Assembly (NCBI RefSeq): GCF_963921235.1
Contig: NC_086108.1
Coordinates: 97,900,001-97,964,000, forward strand
Direction: 5' to 3'
From: Mobula hypostoma
Taxonomy: Eukaryota
Length of the DNA: 64,000 bases
The notes below the pieces were generated by a model. That model was not told the DNA's origin. It saw only the letters and a program-made list of their open reading frames with translations, and did no database searches. The position numbers were made by a program, and so were the translations under genes. Of this stretch, positions 1 through 8,959 are shown piece by piece. Positions within the stretch are counted from its first letter, which is position 1. Each line of letters starts with the position of its first letter.

Positions 1-290
1 TCCTCTGACCTCCCTCATTAACAAGGCATTTTCACCCACAGAACTACTGCTCACTAGATGTTCTTTGTTCTTTGCGCCATTCTTAGTAAGCTCTAGAGAT
101 TGTTGTGGGTAAAAATCCCAGGACATCAGCAGTTTCTGAGATAATCAAACCACCCCATCTGGCACCAACAATCATTCCACAGTCACAGTAACTTAGATCG
201 CATTTCTTCCCCATCCTGATGATTGGTCTGAACAACAACTGAAACTCTTGATCATGCCTGCATGCTTTTATGCACTGAGTTGCTGCCACA
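1..290 (-). mobile_element. Tc1-like DNA transposon remnant (transposase N-terminus); its 5' end continues at 2087-2157
   Basis: Minus ORF 83-289 contains MGKKCDLSYCDCGMIVGARWGGLIISETADVLGFLPTTISRAY, a Tc1 N-terminal HTH. The sequence is collinear with the copy at 48736-49020. Confidence 0.85.
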
Positions 291-320
291 TCAGAATCTG
301 AATCTGGTTTCTAATCAGAA

Positions 321-2075
321 GGCAACAAACACAAAATGCTGGAGGAGCACAGTAGGTCAGGCAGCATCTATGGAAAGGAATAAACAGTCAACATTTCAAG
401 CCGAGACCCTTCGTCAGAACTGGATGAAAAGGGGAGAAGTCAGGATAAGAAGGTGGGGAGGGGGAGGGGATGAAGAAGTACAAGGTGGTAGGTGATAGGT
501 GAAACCGGGAGAGGAGGTGGATGAAGTAAAGAGTTGGAACATTCACAGGTGAAAGATATAAAGGGCTGGAGGAGGTGGAACCTGATAGGAGAGGGTAGAA
601 GACCATGGGAGAAAGGAAAGGAGGAGGAGCACTAGAGGGAGGTGATGGGCAAGTAAGGTCATAGGTGAAAAAGGGAAATGGGAATGGGAAATGATGAAAG
701 AAGGGCAATTACTGGAAGTTCAAGAAATAAATGTTTATGCCATCAGGTTGGAGGCTACTTAGAGGGAATATAAGTTGTTGCTGCCCCAACCTCAGTGTGG
801 CTTCATCGCAGCAGTAGAGGAGGCCATGGACCGACAAGTCAGAATGGGAATGGGAATGGCAAGTAGAATTGAGGTGGGTGGCTAGTGGTAAATTCCGCTT
901 TTTCTGATGGATGGAGCATAGGTGCTCAGTGAAGCAGTCTCCCAATCTACGTTGGGTCTCACTGATATACAGGAGGCCACACTGGGGACACCAGATACAG
1001 TAGATGACCCCACGAGGTTTACAGGTGAAGTGTCGCCTCACCTGGAAGGACTGAATGGTAGTGAGGGAGGAGGAGTAGGGGCAGGTGTGATTCTTGTTCC
1101 ACTTGCAAGGATAAGTGCCAGGAGGGAGATCAGTGGGGAGGGACGAGTGGACAAGGGAGAGATCCCTGTGGAAATCAGAAAGTGGGGAGAAGGAAAGATG
1201 TGCTTGGTGGTGGGATCCCGTTGGAGATGGCAGAAGTTATGCAGAATTATGTGCTGCAAACGGAGGCTGGTGGGGTGGTAGGTGAGGACAAGAGGAATCC
1301 TATCCCTGTTATTGAGAAGGGAGGATGGGGTGAGGGAGAAATGTGGGTGAGGGCGGCATTGATAGTGAAGGAAGGAAAGTCCCTTTCTTTGAAGGAGGAC
1401 ATCTCCTTCGTTCTGGAATGAAAAGCCTCATCCTGAGAGCAGATTTGGTGGAGACAGAGGAACTGAGAGAAAGGGATAGCATTTTTACAAGTGACAGAGT
1501 GGGGAGAGGTATAGCCCAGGTAGCTGTGAGAGTCAGTGGGTTTATAAAAAGATATTGGTAGATAGACTGTCTCCAAAGATAGAGGCAGAGAGTTTGAGAA
1601 AAGGGAGGAAGGTGTTGGAAATGGACCAGGTAAATTTGAAGGCAGGGTGGAAGTTGGAGGCAAAGTTGATGAAGTTGACGAGCTCCACTGGGCGCAGGAA
1701 GCATCATCAATGCAGTTGTCGATGTAGCGTAGGAAGAATTGGGAAGTGATACCAGTGTAGGCTTGGAACATGCACTGTTTCACATCGCCGACAAAAAGGC
1801 TGGCCCAGATGGGACCCACGTGAGTGTCCGTGGCTACACCTTTGGTTTGAAGGAAGTGGGAGGAGCCGAAGGGGAAATTATTGAGAGTGAGGACCTGTTC
1901 CTCCAGATGGAGGAGAGTGGTGGTGGAAGGGTACTGGTTGGGCCTGTTGTCAAGAAATCAGCAGAGAGCTGTAATGCCCTCCTGATGGGGGATGGAGGTC
2001 TGTGGGGACTGGACATCCTTTGTGAAAATGAGACAATCGGGAACTGGGAACTTGAAGTCATTGAAAATTTGAACA
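321..2075 (-). mobile_element. Penelope-like retroelement, 5'-truncated and frameshifted (RT C-terminus, GIY-YIG endonuclease, pseudo-LTR with hammerhead motif)
   Basis: ORF 1247-1819 has FLRYIDN and YKPTDSHSYL..KNAIPFSQFL (PLE RT/thumb). ORF 709-1041 has VIYCIWCPQCGLLYISET (GIY-YIG). An 11-bp direct repeat TCTAATCAGAA lies at 310-320 and 2076-2086. Confidence 0.9.
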
Positions 2076-2086
2076 TCTAATCAGAA

Positions 2087-2157
2087 TGATTGGCTGATTA
2101 GATATTTGCATTAACAAACTGGTGTACAGGTGTACCTAATAAAGTGGCCACTGAGTG
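2087..2157 (-). mobile_element. 5' end and TIR of the Tc1-like element at 1-290
   Basis: Reverse complement reads TA-CACTCAGTGGCCACTTTATTAGGTACACC...CTAATCAGCCAATCA. It joins position 290 once the insertion is removed. TA at 2158-2159. Confidence 0.85.
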
Positions 2158-2160
2158 TAT

Positions 2161-2955
2161 CTGAATCATTCACATGAGTGTATATGAATGGTGTCAGCTG
2201 AATCAACTGCAGCTCAACATCAGAAAGACACAGGAGATGGTGATGGACTTTAGGGAGATCAAGCCTGCACTGCTCCCTGATACTATTGATGGTGAAGTTG
2301 TGTATGTGATGAGGACTTACAAGTACCTGGGGATGCACCTGGACAACAGACTTGAGTGGAGCACCAACACAGAGCCTGTGTACAAGAAGAGCCAGAGTCT
2401 CCTCTACTTCCTGAGGAGACCGAGGTCCTTTGGAGTATGCAGGCCTCCCCCTCACATGTTCTGCCAGTCTGTTGTTGCCAGTACAATCTTCTATGCGGTG
2501 GTGTGCTGGGGCAATGGCATCAATACGGGTGATGCCAACAGACTCAGTAAACTGATTAGAAAGGCTGGCTCTGTTATAGGAGTTGAACTGGACACACTGG
2601 AGGCTGTGGTAGAACAAAGGACCCTACGGAAAATCCTGGCAATTCTGGACAACGTTTCTCACCCTCTGCATGTCACCTTGGCTGAACAGATGAGCACTTT
2701 TAGCAATAGACCAAGACACCTGCACTGCTCCAAACAGCACTATCTAAGAGCATTCTTAACCCTTGGCCATTAGGTTCTATAATGAGTCAACCTATAGCCA
2801 GGGAAGTGATCTTGTAATCTTTGACTTGTAAATCTTGTACGTCTTGTATTGAAGGTAATTTATTTTTATTCTTTCTTATCTCTCTCCTAATATTTAGTTT
2901 ATCTGTGACACTGTAATTTCCTTTGGGAACAATAAAGTATCTATCTATCTATCTG
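2161..2955 (+). mobile_element. Rex1/Babar-type LINE, 3' fragment
   Basis: ORF 2174-2773 (WCQLNQLQLNIRKTQEMVMDFR..YKYLGMHLDNRLEWS..LYFLRR) is the RT C-terminus. Tail AATAAAGTA(TCTA)n at 2931-2954. Closely similar to 60600-61380. Confidence 0.85.
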
Positions 2956-3519
2956 TATCCTTGAAAATAGAACATAGAGCAGTACAGCTCCAGAACTGTC
3001 TTGTAGCCAATGATGTCCACGCTGACTATGATGCCAAATTAAACCTGCTCATGATGTTCATACACCGCTCTAAGTGCCTCATAAGCACCATTATTTTGCC
3101 CGTTTCAACCAGCACTTCTGGAAACACTTTTCAGGTACGTCCCTCTCTCTGTTACTGCACACATATCCTTCAAGCTTTTCCACCCTCACCTTAAAAGCTT
3201 TGCCCCCTCGTATTTGTCATTTTTACTTTGGAAAACTCTCTGACTATCTACTCTATCTATGCCCCTCAAAATCTTATAAAAGGTTATGACATTAGAGAGG
3301 GTTCAGAGGAGGTTTACGAGAACGATGCTGGGAACGAACGAGTTAACGTACAAGGAGCTTTTGGCAGATCTGTGCCTGTACTCGCTGGAGATTAGAATAA
3401 CGAAGGGTGGTGAGTTGATATGGTTCAGCCAGTGTTCCTTTCAGAAAGGGTAAGGGCAGGCTGATCTTGGATAAGGGCCATTGACTGAGTGCTTGGGAAG
3501 TGTTTCCGGTGAGATATAA

Positions 3520-3980
3520 AAACCTCCCTCTGATATCCCCCTTGAACTTCCCACCCCTTACCTTAGAGCCATGTCCTCTTGTATTGAGCAGTGGTGCCCT
3601 GGGGAAGAGGCACTGGCTGTCCACTCTATCTATTCCTCTCAATATCTTGTAAACCTCTATCATGTCTCCTCTCATCCTCCTTCTCTCCAGAGAGTAAAGC
3701 CCTAGCTCCCTTAATCTCTGATCATAATGCATACTCTCTAAACCAGGCAGCATCCTGGTAAATCTCCTCTGTACCCTTTCCAATGCTTCCACATCTTTCC
3801 TAAAGTGAGGCAACCAGAACTGGACACAATACTCCAAGTGTGGCCTAACCAGAGTTTTATAGAGCTGCATCATTAACCCCATGACTCTTAAATTCTATCC
3901 CTCGACTTATGAAAGCTAACACTCCATAAGCTTTCTTAACTACCCAATCTACCTGTGAGGCAACTTTCAGGGATATGTTT
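3520..3980 (-). mobile_element. CR1 LINE ORF2 C-terminal fragment
   Basis: ORF 3343-3882: LYKTLVRPHLEYCVQFW..LERVQRRFTRMLPG..LYSLERRRMRGD..TRGH. Confidence 0.9.
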
Positions 3981-4067
3981 TTACCTGACCTCCAGATATG
4001 GCAAGAATATGTTTACTAGCTATTGTTGCCTGCCCTGACAGCTAAATTACTTGCATTAGCATTAGTC

Positions 4068-4445
4068 ATAGCAGCTCAGCTGGTAGCAGTTTTGCCTTGG
4101 CATTGGGAGGTCTGGACTTGGGTCCCACTCCAGAGACACGAGAACAAAATTCTTGGCAGATGTTCCACCACTACTCTGTCAAAAGCGATATTAAACCAGG
4201 TAGACATAAAAGATCTCTTCACAGTATTTCAAAGATGAGCATGAGTGTTATCCACAGTCGCCCAGCCAATACTTAGTTCAAAATCAACGTGGTTAAAACA
4301 GACCTGATTATTAACACATTGCCATACTGACAGTGGATGCTGCAGTTCCCTCCAAGGAAACTACACTTCAAAGTATTTAATTGACTATTGGAATAATCTA
4401 AAGGTACAAGGAAGCTGCCACATAGATACAATTCTACCTTCCTTT
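4068..4445 (+). mobile_element. DeuSINE (SacSINE1/AmnSINE-like), degenerate
   Basis: tRNA-like head GCTCAGCTGGTAGCA..GTCCCACTCCAGAGAC; Deu-domain-like TAAAAGATCTCTTCACAGTATTTCAAAGATGAGCA..CCAGCCAATA; 3' part ACTACACTTCAAAGTATTTAATTG. Confidence 0.7.
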
Positions 4446-4691
4446 GCAACATTACTACACACAATTTTAAATTCCTTGTTGTTATCATTTTGGTGGATAT
4501 GACGTAGAACCAGCATATACGTGCAATTACAAAGAAGGCATGACAGTACCTCTACTTTCAGAGAAGTTTGAGTCCTGAAGAAGGGTCTTAGCCCAAAAGT
4601 CAGCTGTTGATTCATTCCCTTAGATGCTGCCTGACCTACTGAGTTCCTCCAGCTTTTTGTGTGTGTTTTCTTTGAAGTTTGCACAGATTCA

Positions 4692-5558
4692 TCTGCGTAC
4701 ATCTGCGCCAAGTGCATCGAGATGCAGCTCCTAAGGGACCGCGTTACGGAACTGGAGCTGCAGCTCGATGACCTTCGTCTGGTCAGGGAGAGCAAGGAGG
4801 TGATAGAGAGGAGTGGAAGGCAGGTGGTCACGCCGGGGCCACGGGAGGCAGACAAGTGGGTCACGGTTAGGAGAGGGAAGGGGAAAAGGCAGGTGATGAG
4901 GAGTACCCCGGCGGCTGTGCCCCTTAACAACAGGTACTCCTGTTTGAGTACTGTTGGGGGGGACAGCTTACCCGGGGGAAGCGACAGTGGCCCTGCCTCC
5001 GGCACAGAGTCTGGCCCTGTAGCTCAGAAGGGTAGGGCAAGGAAGAGGAGGGCAGTTGTGATAGGGGACTCGATAGTAAGGGGGTCAGATAGGCGATTCT
5101 GTGGACGCAGTCCAGAGACTCGGATGGTAGTTTGCCTCCCTGGTGCCAGGGTCCGGGATATTTCTGATCGTGTCCAAGATATCCTGAAGTGGGAGGGTGA
5201 AGAGCCAGAGATCCTGGTACATATAGGTACCAATGACATAGGTAGGAAAAGGGATGAGGTCCTGAAAGAAGAATATAGGGAGCTAGGAAGGGAGTTGAGA
5301 AAAAGGACCGCAAAGGTAGTAATCTCGGGATTACTGCCTGTGCCACGCGACAGTGAGAGTAGGAATGCGATGAGGTGGAGGATAAATGCGTGGCTGAGGG
5401 ATTGGAGCAGGGGGCAGGGATTCAAGTTTTTGGATCATTGGGACCTCTTTTGGCGTAGGTGTGACCTGTACAAAAAGGACGGGTTACACTTAAATCCTAG
5501 GGGGACCAATATCCTGGCAGGGAGATTAGCGGGGGCTACTGAGGTGACTTTAAACTAG
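4692..5558 (+). CDS. CR1 ORF1 protein, N-terminally truncated: CxxC remnant, coiled coil, SGNH/GDSL esterase domain
   Basis: YICAKC, LLRDRVTELELQLDDL, VVIGDSIVRG (block I), HIGTND (block III), DGLHLN (block V). First in-element ATG at 4722, stop TAG 5556-5558. The track start 4659 lies in flanking repeat DNA. Confidence 0.9.
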   Translation, partial: SAYICAKCIEMQLLRDRVTELELQLDDLRLVRESKEVIERSGRQVVTPGPREADKWVTVRRGKGKRQVMRSTPAAVPLNNRYSCLSTVGGDSLPGGSDSGPASGTESGPVAQKGRARKRRAVVIGDSIVRGSDRRFCGRSPETRMVVCLPGARVRDISDRVQDILKWEGEEPEILVHIGTNDIGRKRDEVLKEEYRELGRELRKRTAKVVISGLLPVPRDSESRNAMRWRINAWLRDWSRGQGFKFLDHWDLFWRRCDLYKKDGLHLNPRGTNILAGRLAGATEVTLN

Positions 5559-8500
5559 AATGGTTGGGGGGTGGGAATCAAATTAAAGCGGCTAGGTGTG
5601 AGGAGGTTAGTTCACAACAGAGGGATGGGAACCAGTGCAGAGAGACAGAGGAGTGTAAAGTGAGCGTAGAAGCAAAAAGTACAAAGGGGAAAAGTAAAAG
5701 TGGCAGGCCGACAAATCCAGGGCAAGCATTAAAAAGGGCTAAGAGAGTTGTAAAAGAGCGCCTGAAGGCTTTATGTGTCAATGCAAGGAGCATTCGTAAT
5801 AAGGTGGATGAATTGAAAGTGCAGATTGTTATTAATGATTATGATATAGTTGGGATCACAGAGACATGGCTCCAGGGTGACCAGGGATGGGAGCTCAACG
5901 TTCAGGGATATTCAATATTCAGGAGGGATAGACACGAAGGAAGGGGAGGTGGGGTGGCGTTGCTGGTTAAAAAAGAGATTAACGCAATAGAAAGGAAGGA
6001 CATAAGCCGGGAAGATGTGGAATCGATATGGGTAGAGCTGCGTAACACTAAGGGGCAGAAGACGCTGCTGGGAGTTGTGTACAGGCCACCTAACAGTAGT
6101 AGTGAGGTCGGAGATGGTATTAAACAGGAAATTAGAAATGTGTGCAATAAAGGAACAGCAGTTATAATGGGTGACTTCAATCTACATGTAGACTGGGTGA
6201 ACCAAATTGGTAAAGGTGCTGAGGAAGAGGATTTCTTGGAATGTATGCGGGATGGTTTTTTCAACCAACATGTCGAGGAACCGACTAGAGAGCAGGCTAT
6301 TCTGGACTGGGTTTTGAGCAATGAGGAAGGGTTAATTAGCGATCTTGTCGTGAGAGGCCCCTTGGGTAAGAGTGACCATAATATGGTGGAATTCTTCATT
6401 AACATGGAGAGTGACGTAGTTAATTCAGAAACAAAGGTTCTGAACTTAAAGAGGGGTAACTTTGAAGGTATGAGACATGAATTAGCTAAGATAGACTGGC
6501 AAATGACACTTCAAGGATTGACGGTGGATATGCAATGGCAGGCATTTAAAGGTTGCATGGATGAACTACAACAATTGTTCATCCCAGTTTGGCAAAAGAA
6601 TAAATCAAGGAAGGTAGTGCACCCGTGGCTGACAAGAGAAATTAGGGATAGTATCAATTCCAAAGAAGTAGCATACAAATTAGCCAGAGAAAGTGGCTCA
6701 CCTGAGGACTGGGAGAAATTCAGAGTTCAGCAGAGGAGGACAAAGGGCTTAATTAGGAAGGGGAAAAAAGATTATGAGAGAAAACTGGCAGAGAACATAA
6801 AAACGGACTGTAAAAGCTTTTATAGATATGTAAAAAGGAAAAGACTGATAAAGACAAATGTAGGTCCCCTGCAAACAGAAACAGGTGAATTGATTATGGG
6901 GAGCAAGGACATGGCAGACCAATTGAATAATTACTTTGGTTCTGTCTTCACTAAGGAGGACATAAATAATCTTCCAGAAATAGTAAGGGACAGAGGGTCC
7001 AGTGAGATGGAGGAACTGAGCGAAATACATGTTAGTAGGGAAGTGGTGTTAGGTAAATTGAAGGGATTGAAGGCAGATAAATCCCCAGGGCCAGATGGTC
7101 TGCATCCCAGAGTGCTTAAGGAAGTGGCCCAAGAAATAGTGGATGCATTAGTGATAATTTTTCAAAACTCGTTAGATTCTGGACTAGTTCCTGAGGATTG
7201 GAGGGTGGCTAATGTAACCCCACTTTTTAAAAAAGGAGGGAGAGAGAAACCGGGGAATTATAGGCCGGTTAGCCTAACGTCGGTGGTGGGGAAACTGCTG
7301 GAGTCAGTTATCAAGGATGTGATAACAGCACATTTGGAAAGCGGTGAAATGATCGGACAAAGTCAGCATGGATTTGTGAAAGGAAAATCATGTCTGACGA
7401 ATCTCATAGAATTTTTTGAGGATGTAACTAGTAGAGTGGATAGGGGAGAACCAGTGGATGTGGTATATTTGGATTTTCAAAAGGCTTTTGACAAGGTCCC
7501 ACACAGGAGATTAGTGTGCAAACTTAAAGCACATGGTATTGGGGGTAAGGTATTGGTGTGGGTGGAGAATTGGTTAGCAGACAGGAAGCAAAGAGTGGGA
7601 ATAAACGGGACCTTTTCAGAATGGCAGGCGGTGACTAGTGGGGTACCGCAAGGCTCAGTGCTGGGACCCCAGTTGTTTACAATATATATTAATGACTTGG
7701 ATGAGGGAATTAAATGCAGCATCTCCAAGTTTGCGGATGACACGAAGCTGGGTGGCAGTGTTAGCAGTGAGGAGGATGCTAAGAGGATGCAGGGTGACTT
7801 GGATAGGTTGGGTGAGTGGGCAAACTCATGGCAGATGCAATTTAATGTGGATAAATGTGAAGTTATCCACTTTGGTGGCAAAAATAGGAAAACAGATTAT
7901 TATCTGAATGGTGGCCGATTAGGAAAAGGGGAGGTGCAACGAGACCTGGGTGTCATTATACACCAGTCATTGAAAGTGGGCATGCAGGTACAGCAGGCGG
8001 TGAAAAAGGCGAACGGTATGCTGGCATTTATAGCGAGAGGATTCGAGTACAGGAGCAGGGAGGTACTACTGCAGTTGTACAAGGCCTTGGTGAGACCACA
8101 CCTGGAGTATTGTGTGCAGTTTTGGTCCCCTAATCTGAGGAAAGACATCCTTGCCATAGAGGGAGTACAAAGAAGGTTCACCAGATTGATTCCTGGGATG
8201 GCAGGTCTTTCATATGAAGAAAGACTGGATGAACTGGGCTTGTACTCGTTGGAATTTAGAAGATTGAGGGGGGATCTGATTGAAACGTATAAGATCCTAA
8301 AGGGATTGGACAGGCTAGATGCGGGAAGATTGTTCCCGATGTTGGGGAGGTCTAGAACGAGGGGTCACAGTTTGAGGATAGAGGGGAAGCCTTTTAGGAC
8401 CGAGGTTAGGAAAAACTTCTTCACACAGAGAGTGGTGAATCTGTGGAATTCTCTGCCACAGCAAACTGTTGAGGCCAGTTCATTAGCTATGTTTAAAAGG

Positions 8501-8563
8501 AAGTTAGATATGGCCCTTGTGGCTACAGGGGTCACGGGGTATGGAGGGAAGGCTGGGTTCTGA
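5543..8563 (+). CDS. CR1 ORF2: APE endonuclease plus reverse transcriptase, intact frame, no upstream AUG
   Basis: APE motifs NARS, ITETWL, YRPP, MGDFN, SDH. RT motifs [37 protein letters not shown]. Frame is open from 5543 (after TGA 5540-5542) to TGA 8561-8563. Confidence 0.95.
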   Translation, partial: GDFKLEWLGGGNQIKAARCEEVSSQQRDGNQCRETEECKVSVEAKSTKGKSKSGRPTNPGQALKRAKRVVKERLKALCVNARSIRNKVDELKVQIVINDYDIVGITETWLQGDQGWELNVQGYSIFRRDRHEGRGGGVALLVKKEINAIERKDISREDVESIWVELRNTKGQKTLLGVVYRPPNSSSEVGDGIKQEIRNVCNKGTAVIMGDFNLHVDWVNQIGKGAEEEDFLECMRDGFFNQHVEEPTREQAILDWVLSNEEGLISDLVVRGPLGKSDHNMVEFFINMESDVVNSETKVLNLKRGNFEGMRHELAKIDWQMTLQGLTVDMQWQAFKGCMDELQQLFIPVWQKNKSRKVVHPWLTREIRDSINSKEVAYKLARESGSPEDWEKFRVQQRRTKGLIRKGKKDYERKLAENIKTDCKSFYRYVKRKRLIKTNVGPLQTETGELIMGSKDMADQLNNYFGSVFTKEDINNLPEIVRDRGSSEMEELSEIHVSREVVLGKLKGLKADKSPGPDGLHPRVLKEVAQEIVDALVIIFQNSLDSGLVPEDWRVANVTPLFKKGGREKPGNYRPVSLTSVVGKLLESVIKDVITAHLESGEMIGQSQHGFVKGKSCLTNLIEFFEDVTSRVDRGEPVDVVYLDFQKAFDKVPHRRLVCKLKAHGIGGKVLVWVENWLADRKQRVGINGTFSEWQAVTSGVPQGSVLGPQLFTIYINDLDEGIKCSISKFADDTKLGGSVSSEEDAKRMQGDLDRLGEWANSWQMQFNVDKCEVIHFGGKNRKTDYYLNGGRLGKGEVQRDLGVIIHQSLKVGMQVQQAVKKANGMLAFIARGFEYRSREVLLQLYKALVRPHLEYCVQFWSPNLRKDILAIEGVQRRFTRLIPGMAGLSYEERLDELGLYSLEFRRLRGDLIETYKILKGLDRLDAGRLFPMLGRSRTRGHSLRIEGKPFRTEVRKNFFTQRVVNLWNSLPQQTVEASSLAMFKRKLDMALVATGVTGYGGKAGF

Positions 8564-8663
8564 GTTGGATGATCAGCCATGATCATAATAAATGGCGGTG
8601 CAGGCTCGAAGGGCCGAATGGCCTACTCCTGCACCTATTTTCTATGTTTCTATGTTTCTATTC

Positions 8664-8940
8664 CGCATATCATCTAAAACTTTGACAAACTTTCTATAGA
8701 CGGACAATGGAGAATATCCTGACTGCCTGGTATGGAAAAAACAATGCCCAAGAAAAGAAAAGTGTATAGAAAGTGGTGGATACAGCCCAGTCCATCACAG
8801 GAAAATTCTGCCACACCATTGAGCATATCTACATGAGATGCTGTGAGAAGATAATAACACCCATCAGGACTTCCACCATCCAGACCATCCTTTCTTCTCA
8901 TTGCTGCCATTGGGAAGGAAGTAGAGCAGCCTTAGGTCCC
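8664..8940 (+). mobile_element. Rex1/Babar 3' fragment; target of the CR1 insertion, left piece at 4675-4690
   Basis: GAAGTTTGCACAGATTC + CGCATATCATCTAAAACTTTGACAAAC rebuilds a sequence matching the minus-strand copy near 30705-30760. ORF 8773-8964 VDTAQSITGK..TIEHIY. Confidence 0.7.
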
Positions 8941-8959
8941 AATCTCACTGTGATGAGAT

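Larger units (their letters stand above)
4691..8659 (+). mobile_element. Young, near-full-length CR1 LINE, 5'-truncated within ORF1
   Basis: Two uninterrupted ORFs, a CR1 3'UTR (GGCTCGAAGGGCCGAATGGCCTACTCCTG) and a (TTTCTATG)n tail. ATTC is duplicated at 4687-4690 and 8660-8663. Confidence 0.95.

Noticed and set aside
388..708. Pro/Ser/Phe/Leu-rich ORFs (also 22879-23112, 23258-23597, 34081-34450, 38726-39163, 45180-45458)
   Set aside because: Translations of the pyrimidine-rich Penelope spacer; low complexity, not genes.
4659..4690. Track start of the 299-aa ORF (MCVFFEVCTDS)
   Set aside because: It is a GTG inside flanking Penelope/Rex1 repeat sequence upstream of the TSD; the in-frame read-through is fortuitous.
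5564..5566. Track 'Met' start of ORF2
   Set aside because: The codon is TTG, not ATG. The frame opens at 5543 and there is no ATG until 6167.
4385..8586. Minus-strand ORFs overlapping the CR1 (206, 140, 133, 167, 134 aa and others)
   Set aside because: Antisense shadows of an intact coding sequence with no recognisable domains.
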